A DNA stretch of 52,960 nt. Source: Basidiobolus meristosporus CBS 931.73 (lineage: Eukaryota > Fungi > Basidiobolomycota). Made by a program: the position numbers and the translations under genes. Below the pieces are notes generated by a model. That model did not search any database. It was not told the DNA's origin and saw only the letters and a list, made by a program, of their open reading frames with translations. Positions 40,185 to 49,540 of the stretch are shown piece by piece; position 1 is the stretch's first letter, and each line of letters begins with the position of its first letter. The stretch is taken from positions 1-52,960 of the forward strand of contig MCFE01000612.1 in the NCBI GenBank assembly GCA_002104905.1, given 5' to 3'.

Positions 40185-42285
40185 TGTTGTGCATCAACAT
40201 TTAAAACTTAGCCAATTTTACTCCGTTTGAAAATCTAGCACCCTAACTGATTTTCCCTAACCCAAACATAACAAATCCCAGTTACAGTTTATTTTATCCC
40301 ACCTCAGAATCTATTTTTAGCTATCACACCTGATCTATTTTCAAATGGTCATTACGTTATCAACCTATCTGCCAAGCCTTCCCAGGTGATTAGTCATCTG
40401 AGATCTATCCAACCACTGTGCAGTTGCCAAGATATCAGTTGATTGATGATGTAATTTTCATTTATCTTATGCACCTATGAACACCCAAATTGATTTCAAT
40501 CAATCCAGTCCCTTGGCGCTTACTAATTCAACTTGATCAGAAAAGTATAAATAAAGTGTACTGAACCTTTTGGTTTAGTGTGTGTCTCAACAAAATTTAG
40601 ATTCTGTCTCAGCAAAAATAAGAATCCAGCAATTCCATTCTAGTTTCTATCCAAGCCTAGTATATCTAGCACTCCAAAGAACACCAAGCCTAGCCTGCCT
40701 AGCAAACAAATATCATTGTCTTTATAGCCAACCCAGCTATATCCAAGACCAATATTAGATCAGAATCTTTCTGCTAATATTTCCGCCACTCTCTGATAAT
40801 TTTAAGATTCTGCACTTAATTGTCCCTTTGGTTCAGTTGAACCATTCAAGAGTTTTATTACACTTTCTCTTGGATACACCATTTTTTTCGTTGAATTCCA
40901 TTACATTCAGCCAATTAGAAGATGTCCTCAGCAGCAAGCAATCCAAACCTTTCCATGTTGGAAGAAGCCAGAAGAAATCAGGAAGAACTTACTGAACAGC
41001 TTGAAAACATCATGCTTGAAAGAAACACCATGATGCTTGAGCACTCAAAGCTTGCCAAAACAAGATCTGATAATCACCGTAGAGATGAACTCCTTGAAGT
41101 TATATCCGGTTACCAAGATGAAACTGGAATAACTAAGGAAGCACTGGAGAATATTGCCATAGTAACTGACAGCATTGAAAATCCGCCAAGCCTTGCTCTG
41201 CATCAGCCACCAAGAAGTCATGCCTTTGAATCCTCCAGATCTACATCTCCTTGTAGACCTGCCCCTGGTGGTTGTCCCAAGATCCTTGCCTGTTTATGCT
41301 GAAGGCACCAATGCCATCAAGAATCTAACTGAGTTTCTTTACAAGTTTAGTCACATCTTAGCTGCACACCAGCTAGACCCTGACACCAACTGGGCTAGAC
41401 TTCTGCCTCTCTGTCTCACAATGCAAGATGCTGACTGGGTTGAAGTGAACATTCCTTCCAATAGTACGTGGAAAATTGCCCAAAACCTCTTTTGCAGCCA
41501 TTTCTGAAGGTCCTCTCAAGACAGCACATCTGAACTGCGACTTATGGAAAACTAAAATGCAAAAAGGTGAATCTGTGCAACACTTCTGTGATAGATTCCA
41601 AAGACAAATGAGATTAGCTGGAGTTAGTGATGATAATTCATTGCTTACTGCTCATTTTCTTTCAAACTTTTCACACCAGCTACAGAGCAATATTGCTATT
41701 GTCAAAGCATGCAACCCTGCACATACCTATGACCAGATCTCAGAGATATGTACACTGGCAATCACCTTGACTGCAGCAGTTAGCCAGACTTCAGGCAACT
41801 CAACCCAAGATCCCACAACAGCCAGAAAAGAGACCAGTCATGGGACCAAGAAGCAGTCAACCGCTACCAAGCACTGTGAGCTTCATGGAAAATGCTATCA
41901 TTCTACCAGTGAATGCAAAGGCATCACCAAGCAGTCAAACAAGTCAGGAAACACCTCAGAAAAGCAGCAAAACACTAAAACTGATAATTGATATGCTGAT
42001 GACAAGTACTTTAAATGTGGAAATATGGGACATAGATCACCTGCCTGTCCTGAGAAGAACTCCACACCATCAGCCAAAATTACCCAGATCCTTGATGATC
42101 ATTCAGCCAATGATACAATGGGGTATGAAGAAGCATATGAAGAACTTACAGTTCAAGATTATCACAACCTCTTTGAGTTTTGGGCTAAAATTGCAACTGT
42201 TCAAGAAAAAAAGCAACCAATCACACAGCTCAAAGCCATAGAAGTGCCACTCACCCTCAATGGCCAATCATACGTAGCACTACTG
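40185..42285 (+). mobile_element. Ty3/gypsy-like element copy 2: LTR (40,185-40,881), frameshifted gag with CCHC knuckle, protease truncated at the catalytic Asp
   Basis: Retrotrans_gag-like KMQKGESVQHFCDRF; knuckle FKCGNMGHRSPAC; IEVPLTLNGQSYVALL followed by GGGTTAGGG where DTG is expected. Confidence 0.85.
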
Positions 42286-42312
42286 GGTTAGGGGGGGAGG
42301 GAAGGGTTAGGG
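42285..42312 (+). repeat. Interstitial telomeric junction with an abortive B-type 3' stub
   Basis: GGGTTAGGG + GGGGAGGGAA + GGGTTAGGG. GGAGGGAA matches the start of the family-B terminus at 42,749-42,756. Confidence 0.75.
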
Positions 42313-42742
42313 GGAGGAAAGTCACCAAGTGGTGAAATCTTTATTTACTTATGACAAGTATCTAAAGAAGCCAAGTTAATCTGAAGTAATTCCTAGAAAG
42401 CTAGGTCTGAGAGATATCTTCCTGGTAAGCCAGGTCTGAGAGTTGAGAAGCTGAGTGGTACTATATTTCCTAGTTAGCTAGGTCTGAGAGAGGTTTCCTG
42501 GAAAGCCAGGCCTGAGAAGTGAGAATCTGAATATATCTGAGCTAAGTTATACTGGTTTGCGGTAGCTGAATTGTGGCCGGAATGGCCAGTAGACTGGGGG
42601 AACTGAGATGAATTTCTGGGCGATCACTGGCCAAATTTACTAGGCAAATCTGACCAATTAGCATTTCAAGGATTTCAGCCAATCAGAGCCTTCACTTTGC
42701 CCAATGGTTGATCAAGCCATCTCCCAATGAGCACACATCAAT
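42313..42742 (-). mobile_element. Element C: non-coding, non-autonomous (SINE-like) partner of the telomeric LINEs
   Basis: Shares GTCACC-N4-GGTGAAATCTTTATTT and AAAGAAGCCA with A and B. No ORF; four internal hairpins; bounded on both sides by telomeric junctions. Confidence 0.75.
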
Positions 42743-44327
42743 TTAGGGGGAGGGAAAGTCACCAAGTTGGTGAAATCTTTATTTGAGTTAAGAACTAATC
42801 TAAGTACAAATAAAGAAGCCAATTAAGAGGTCTAGAACCTCTCTAATAAGTAATCTAATCTATGTTTTGTTTCATCTCTAATGTTTGTTTCAATAAAGTA
42901 AAGCTCATCAGGGGTAAATATAAAATTCAGGGGTTTTGGGGGAAGTACAAATTGTAGATGTTTCTGATCAATATAATCCAAGGCTGGAACCCAGCCTGGG
43001 ATTAGGTGTAGTAGGAAAGGTGTGTGGACTTGTAAGTAGCTCTGCCACATAGATCTTAGATGGTCCTGAGCCAGTAGTCTTGGTTTCTCAGCTTTTTGAA
43101 GTTTTGAAGCAAGCTCGGTTACTACAGCAGAGCCAACCAGGGTGTGCCAGCAAGAAGATTTCAGGGAGGAGTTAGATTGAAGCCATTGTTTGATGGAGGG
43201 GTTATGTGATTTCTGAAGTTTGACTAGGAAGGAAGCCCGGAGATAGATCATTCGGATTTGGTATGGGTAGAACCCAAAGGCTCCATTAGTTGCATGGATA
43301 TAGGGAGATACTGGAAGATAAGGTACCAAGGATCTGATACACTGATGGAGAAATTTATCCAGGCGGTGAAGTTCTCTGGAGGTAAGGGGTATAATGTGGA
43401 GACCAAATTCAAGTACTGGCAGTACATACTGCTTCAGAAGTATAGGGATCTTTTGAATTGGAGTGTCTGGAGTGACTACTACTAGAAGCTTTTTGAGAGC
43501 CTGTTGGGCAAGACGGATCCTATTATTCAGGTGGAGCTTTGTGTCAATCCCATGTTGACAAAACGGCAGACCTAGATATATTGCAGTTTGTTGTGGCAGA
43601 ATGCTAGTGTTCTGTATAGTTGTAGTGCATCCAATTGGGACTGTCTTGGAAATTGAGAGTGAGAGGTTGTTGGCAGCCAAGTACTTCTCAATGATGGCAG
43701 TGTCTGCTATGGGATTAGGAGTAGCAATCTTGATATCATCTGCATAGAGAGTTAGTAGTGGATAGGGAGAGTCTGGTGAGGGGCCTTTTGGAAATAAAGG
43801 AAAGTCATGTAGGAATATCACAAATAATAAGGGACCTAGTACAGATCCTTGGACTACTCCATTTGGAACCTCATAAGTCTCTGATGTACAACTTGGATGC
43901 AAAATTTTGGCTGAGTTCTCACAAAATAGAGAACGTACAAGAAGGGTCATTGGTAGTGTGGTAACTGCTAATAGCTTTCTCCAAAGCAGAGCTCTGTCCA
44001 CAGAGTCAAAGGCTTTAGTAATGTCAAACAGAATGGTTGGCAATGAGAATTGAAGTGAATGATCATGGCTTAGCACCACAGCCATATCCAAGGAGAGTTT
44101 GGGCAAGAAGCCAAACTGAGAAGGATGGAATGGATATAGTTGAGATTGCAAGGATCTTGCTATTATAAGCTCAAAGATTTTCCGGCAGGTTGGTAGGAGT
44201 GAAACTGGCTGGTAAGAACCTGGGAGTGAGTGTTTCCCCTTCCCTTTGTATAAGGGTATTACATTTGCCTGTAACCAGGCCTTTGGGGTAGTCAATTGTT
44301 GGGCACAGATAGAGTAGAATGGGAGAA
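42743..44327 (-). mobile_element. Telomeric LINE family B, 5'-truncated (RT + C-terminus, ORF open to 42,832)
   Basis: YQPVSLLPTCRK, QFGF, FDITKAFDSVD, GVVQGSVLGP and LYADD. Clearly homologous to but diverged from A. Terminus TTAGGGGGAGGGAAAGTCACC. Confidence 0.93.
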
Positions 44328-44393
44328 GGGTTAGGGGGGAGACAGTCACCAACAGGTGAAATCTTTATTTCAGTTGAAACAAAGAAGCCAGCG

Positions 44394-47161
44394 CTACTGT
44401 TGTAGCTTTGATACAAGAGTGTGTAGCTGAGGGGAATTTGTAGGTAAGTTAATAAGAAGTGATGATAGTTCTTCAGTGCTCAAGACACTGTTCAGTGGGA
44501 AGGGGGGTAGCAAGAGAGGTAAGAATGACTTGTGAACAACATTAATGAGGGGAATGTGATAAGGATTGATATTCATCATAAAGGGAGTGTGCTGCTGCAG
44601 ATATTGCTGCCAAAGGTCTGTCAAGTACTTCAGGTAGGCCAGCTTGGGCTTTTCTGACTGCAGAATAAATTCAGCAAACTTCTTGACTTCAGGATCTCCA
44701 AGTATAGTTCTCCAGCAGGAGTCAGGTGTAGTGTGGTGTGTTCTCTTCCAGGCCTTAATCAGTGGGTTGTTGCAGTTGTGAAGTCTGGGTATAATCTGGT
44801 TCTAAGGTAGAGAAGTCTGATCTTATAGGGCATAAACCCAAAAGCACCAAGAATAGCATGTCTGTAGGGGCATTCAGGCAAATGAGGCACCAAGGAGGTA
44901 ATGCACCATACTGCAAACTTGTCAAGCTTAGTGCAGTCTCTGGCAGTAAGAGAGAGAAGTGGTAAGCCAAATTCCAGGACAGGGAAGACAAACTGCTTGA
45001 GTAGAAGGAGGCAGCTGGGAGCTGAAGTTGTAGGAGGAGTAACAGCCAGTAGCTTGTGGAGTGCCTGTCTTGCCAGGATAATTCTCTTCCTCAGATGTGC
45101 TCCAGAGTCTAGTCCAGTAGGAAGGAAAGGAAAGCCAAGATATGTAGCAGAAACCTGAGCAGGTAGAGTGGAGTTCTCCAAGTTGATGGGAGTGCCCAAA
45201 GGTACTGTCTTTGCAATGGAAAGCTGGAGATTATTCTTCTGCAGATACTGGTGGATGGTCTGGGAGTCTTGTTGCACATTGGAGGAGGATATTCTGATGT
45301 CATCAGCAAAGAGAGTAACCAGGCAGTCAGCTGAGAGTCTTGGGAAATCATTCAGGAAGATGGCAAACAGTATAGGACCAAGCACAGAGCCTTGAACCAC
45401 TCCATTAGGAACTGAGAACACAGCTGATTGCTCACTTGGGTGCAGAATTCTTGCTTGTGGATCCAGAAACAGAGACCTGACAAGGAGGGTGAGAGAGGTA
45501 CTGGAGAAGCATTGCAACTTGGACCAAAGCAGATTTCTGTCAACTGAATCAAAGGCCTTAGTAATATCAAACAGAACAGAGGGATACTTGCATTGGAGAG
45601 AGTGATCTTGGCTAAGTATGACTGCATATTCCAAGGAGAGGCCAGGAACAAAGCCAAACTGTGCAGGATGAAACTTGAGGGAGTCAGAGTAGAGCTCCTG
45701 AGCAAGCAGAAGCTCAAACACCTTTCTGCAGGTGGGCAGCAGAGATATTGGCCTGTAGGAGCTAGGATCCAGGTGCTTTCCTTTACCCTTGTACAGTGGC
45801 AGAACATTTGCAAAGGACCATTCCTCAGGAGTAGAAAGCTGGGCTGAGCATTGCTGAAACAGTGGAAGCAGAAGTGCAGACATGGCCTTGGTACTAGTCT
45901 TCAGAAGCTCATAAGAGATTGTGTCCACACCTGGAGCAGTAGAGTTGGGAAGCCTCTTGAGCACATTATGGATTCTCCTTTGATCAAGTGCAAGTGGGAT
46001 GGGCAGAGTCTTGAAGTCAGGATGAAAGCCAGGAGTTGAGTACTGCTTTGTAGAGAAGAAGATGTTAGCCAGCTGTTCTGTTGAAGGTAACTTCCTGGAA
46101 GAGGGCCTCATTGCCCTGTAGAGTCTTGATACTGTTCTTGTTATAGAGTTGGAAGATTGCAGAGGCAATGAACTCATAATATGATCCCAGAGCTGAGTAT
46201 GCAGAGTGTGGTGAATTGCCTTGGAGTGGTGTATTGCTGTCAGGAGGAGTTTCTCTGTTTTTGGGTTAGGGAAACTCAGGTAGCTTTGTTGCAGGGCTGA
46301 AACAATGGATTCCCATTTTCTTGAGGTAACAGCAGTAGTCTTGCATGGCAGTGAGAGGGAGGCAGACACCAGAATCAGATGCTTCACAAAGAGCCAGGCA
46401 AAGTTGAGATCATCTGGCAGAGAAAGTAGCAAACTGGCAAGCTTCAAGTAGTTCCCAAAGTCTTTCTTCTGATTCTTGGTAGCTTTGTGGGTGAGCACAG
46501 TAAGTTTTGGCAGCTTCTTCTTCACAACTGGTTGCATAGAAAGGGACCAGGCTGGGTGGTCAGAGGCTCTCAAGGATCCTAGCTCAGCTCCAGAGAATTG
46601 CTTAACTTCATTCACAAAGTAGAGGGCAGCAGCAGAAGGGCAGATCCAGTCAACACATCTTTTCTCAGATTGAGCACCTAGTGCTAGCAGATGGCTTTCT
46701 CTCAGGAAGTTCAGTAGGAATGTAGACCTTGGCTTCATTCTTGCAGTCAGAGTAGTCTTGTTCTCAGGATGGGGAATGTTGAGATCTCCAAGCAAGATAA
46801 CAGGTGTTGATATAGATTGCTGGTATTGCTGAACTTTCTGGCATATAACTTGCACTTCCTGAAGGGCAAGACTTGGAGGCAGATAGCAGAGCACCAGACT
46901 GATAGTTGGCAACTGGAGAGCAGCACAGTAAGGGGAGTAAAGAGGAACACAGAGCTGAGGAGTATTGATGGTAGAAGAGATGAAGCAGATAGAGGAGGTA
47001 TTCTTTGTTCTAGGAGTAGAAAAGCAATATAGATTAGTCAAAAGTATAGAGGGTAGCTGGACATCAATCAAACACAGGAGGGAAAATCTTGAAAGAAGTC
47101 TCTCTAGAGTTGGTCTTGATGGCTGTATGCTGTTGCAGTTAAGCAACAGAACTTCAGGTAG
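44394..47161 (-). CDS. LINE ORF2: APE endonuclease + reverse transcriptase (~922 aa if a 1-bp deletion near 44,788 is restored)
   Basis: APE-like LLNCN, CYLPP, LGDLN, VDWI and SDH; RT YRPISLL, QFGF, DITKAFD, QGSVLGP and FADD. This copy reads AAGTCTGGGTAT where A4 and A5 read AAGTCTGAGGTAT. No ATG precedes the endonuclease domain. Confidence 0.93.
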
Positions 47162-48265
47162 TCAGGCAGAGGTTGTAGCTTCTTCAGAGGCAGCATTGAT
47201 AATGTGACCTGCAGAGTCCCAGAGCTCTTCAAATGGTGCATCACTTAAGTCAGCAAGGAGGGAAATGGCATGATTCTTGAGGAAGTATGCCACATCATAG
47301 GAGGGGGCTTGTCTCTTGATGGCAGCAAAGAAAGACAGAATGGCAACATGGGCTGGAGGCTTGTTGAACAGTAGAGAGTCAGATGATTCAGATTCTTCAG
47401 GCACTATCTTGAAGTCAGTTTTCAGCCAGTTAAGGTTCTTCTCCACAAAGGCAACAAATGGGTCAGCAATGTTTTGGTCTAGGATAACCTCCAGAATCTT
47501 CCCTTTTCTCCAGGCCAGGTTGACAATTCTTGAGAGCTGAATATTGCATGCCTTGAGTGCTTTCCTGATGTTGGAAATGGGAGTCCAGGGAACTTGCTTC
47601 AAGTACACCACAGTCCAGGTAGAAGCTGGTGGTAGGTTTGCTGGGGGCTTGTAAGTCCTTCTGTGTTGCAATGGAGCTGCAGTAGTCAGATTGGAGTCCA
47701 CATTCTCAGTAGAGGGTTTTCTTGATGTGTCTTGCTGAATAGTACTGGAGCTGGATGTGCTGATAATTCTTGCTAGAACCTTGCCTGCATAAGTCTGAGG
47801 TATAGCTGAGGTGACTGTAGAGGTGGTGGCAGCTGGTGCAGGTGGAGAGGCAGAGACTGAAGCAGGAACTGAGGTCACCTGGGAGAAGGCAGTGGAAGCA
47901 GGTTTTCTGGGAGGAACAGAGTTCACTATCCAGTTGTTCTGTAAAACACTGGAGTAGCTTTTCTGTGGAACAGGATCTTGCTCTTGAACAGGAACAGAAG
48001 CAGGAGGCTGGGGCTGAGCAGTAGTGGTAAGGCAGTGGCACTCCAAGGAAGCTTTTTGCAAGGCATCTCTGGCAGTTTTCAGGGCAGTATTGGCTTCATT
48101 CTTGAGCTTCTTGCATTGGGCATCCAGTCTCTTGTTTTCAATAGCCAGGGCAGTATTGGCAGCCTCTAAATCAGCAATTCTCTTCTCAATTGCAAGGAAT
48201 CTCTGAAGAAATGCATCAGTAGAAGTGCTGGCATCTGGGAGAGCAGTGGCAGGAATAGAGTCCAT
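47162..48265 (-). CDS. LINE ORF1 (367 aa from MDSIP): coiled coil + putative RRM-like domain
   Basis: Heptad-rich FLAIEKRIADLEAANTALAIENKRLDAQCKKL; alpha/beta segment VVYLKQVPW..IRKAL..IVNLAW..ILEVIL (the RRM assignment is inference). Confidence 0.8.
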   Translation of the reverse strand: MDSIPATALPDASTSTDAFLQRFLAIEKRIADLEAANTALAIENKRLDAQCKKLKNEANTALKTARDALQKASLECHCLTTTAQPQPPASVPVQEQDPVPQKSYSSVLQNNWIVNSVPPRKPASTAFSQVTSVPASVSASPPAPAATTSTVTSAIPQTYAGKVLARIISTSSSSTIQQDTSRKPSTENVDSNLTTAAPLQHRRTYKPPANLPPASTWTVVYLKQVPWTPISNIRKALKACNIQLSRIVNLAWRKGKILEVILDQNIADPFVAFVEKNLNWLKTDFKIVPEESESSDSLLFNKPPAHVAILSFFAAIKRQAPSYDVAYFLKNHAISLLADLSDAPFEELWDSAGHIINAASEEATTSA

Positions 48266-48671
48266 TGACAGTGGGCTTCTTTGGAGGCAAGGAAAGTGGA
48301 CTGGCAGATTCAGGCACAAAAGGAGATATCCTGGCAGGAGGAGAAGGAGTATCCAAGGCAGTAACAGAGGCAATTCTTGTTGGTGAAGCAGCAGCAGGGG
48401 AGGCAAGCCTGTTCAGAAACTGGGCAGGAGAGAGTGCTTCAGGAGAGGGAGTCTTCAGCTTGCCAAGCATGTCTTCCATCAGAGTGATACCAATATTCCT
48501 GGTGCATTTGCAGAGAAAAGTAAGCTTCCTGAGTCTGCCAGCTCTTCCATTCCTTCTGATAGTTCCTTTGTTTCCACAGTTGGGGCAAGAAATCTTCTTG
48601 ACAGACTTGTCAAAGCAATCAAGAACCTTCCTTTCAGGTGTAGTGGGCTCCTGTTGAGGTTTTGGTGGCAT
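48216..48671 (-). CDS. LINE ORF0 / N-terminal part of ORF1 with a CxxC..CxC zinc-ribbon-like motif
   Basis: CPNCGNKGTIRRNGRAGRLRKLTFLCKC followed by a Pro/Ser linker. Overlaps ORF1; removing one A in GTC-A-ATG (48,266) would fuse them into a 502-aa ORF1. Confidence 0.7.
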   Translation of the reverse strand: MPPKPQQEPTTPERKVLDCFDKSVKKISCPNCGNKGTIRRNGRAGRLRKLTFLCKCTRNIGITLMEDMLGKLKTPSPEALSPAQFLNRLASPAAASPTRIASVTALDTPSPPARISPFVPESASPLSLPPKKPTVNGLYSCHCSPRCQHFY

Positions 48672-48738
48672 ATCCAGAGTTCAGCTTCAAATTTCAATTT
48701 TTGAGATTTTTGGGTGATTTTGATGGGCGGGATCAAAA

Positions 48739-48752
48739 TTAGGGTTAGGGTT
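48739..48752 (+). repeat. Interstitial telomeric repeats capping the 5' end of A3
   Basis: TTAGGGTTAGGGTT. Confidence 0.9.
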
Positions 48753-49540
48753 GCGCACTGTGACTGCTTTTTACGATCGCAAGGTCAGATCCTAGGAAAA
48801 AATAAAAATAGTTAGTAAAGGTGATTTAATGGATGGATGGATGGATTCGGAGTCAGATTCAATCAAAAATCAAATCGTTGACTAATTTAAAGAGGTAGGG
48901 TGTAGGTGTTATAGTAAGGGCTAGGAAAAGGTTAGAAGAGCAGGGGGTCTGGGGGACGCAGTCCCCTAGAGAATAAAAAAGCAGGGGGTTTGGGGGATGC
49001 AATCCCCCATACTGCTCTTATACTCTTTAAATTCCTGTTGGATTACTTTTCTCTCATTCTTGGTTCTGGTCCCTTAGGGTTAGAATTCCTCCTCCTAACC
49101 CTTATCACCCTAACCATAAATATTTTTACCCTACAATTGGCACATTGTCTGCTCATATGGTGGGCATGTCTGGGCCAATATTTGTCTCCCTATACTGTCC
49201 ATACGCTCTGTATAAGTCTTGATGACTATTTAATTAATAAATTGTTATTTTTAATATATATCTAATAATTAATGGGATTCATCCCAATCTGACCACAATC
49301 CCATATTTTGATAAGCTTTGGGCACCATAAATTGCGCGGCCCTAATATGATAAAAAAATTCATGGCCAATACACATTTTCTGTAACCCGATTGCTTTTAC
49401 CAAATATAAAGTGTATCCAAAAGTTCAATATATATTATGGCTATAATAGAAACTTTATTGGACACCATCGCAACTACTACTTATGTTCTATGCGCACATG
49501 TATCCCGCGGGAATTGTAAAACTTAGCCACGTGGTACAAA

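Larger units (their letters stand above)
44328..48738 (-). mobile_element. Telomeric LINE family A, copy A3: full length (~4.4 kb), ORF0/ORF1 + APE-RT ORF2
   Basis: Flanked by GGGTTAGGG (44,328) and TTAGGGTTAGGGTT (48,739). Short 5' UTR before the ATG at 48,671. No poly(A) tail and no TSD. Confidence 0.95.

Noticed and set aside
42392-42530. Hammerhead ribozyme in element C (CTGAGA next to short stems)
   Set aside because: The core needs CUGANGA plus GAAA in the right geometry. The sequence reads CTGAGAG/CTGAGAA and I could not build the three-stem junction.
44328-44352. N-terminus MVTVSPLT of the 506-aa ORF 42,832-44,352
   Set aside because: It is chimeric: the start lies in the 3' end of A3 and the telomeric junction, not in element B.
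46263-46271. GGGTTAGGG inside ORF2 as another junction
   Set aside because: ORF2 reads straight through it (FPNPK), so it is treated as coding sequence.
44328-48738. Identification as MoTeR/CRE-type or Penelope/Athena/Coprina element
   Set aside because: It has an N-terminal APE-like domain and a LINE-type RT (YRPISLL, QGSVLGP, FADD). There is no C-terminal CCHC + restriction-like endonuclease, no GIY-YIG and no pseudo-LTRs.
48739-48752. Telomerase RNA template
   Set aside because: It sits exactly at the 5' end of A3 like the other caps. No supporting TER structure could be seen.
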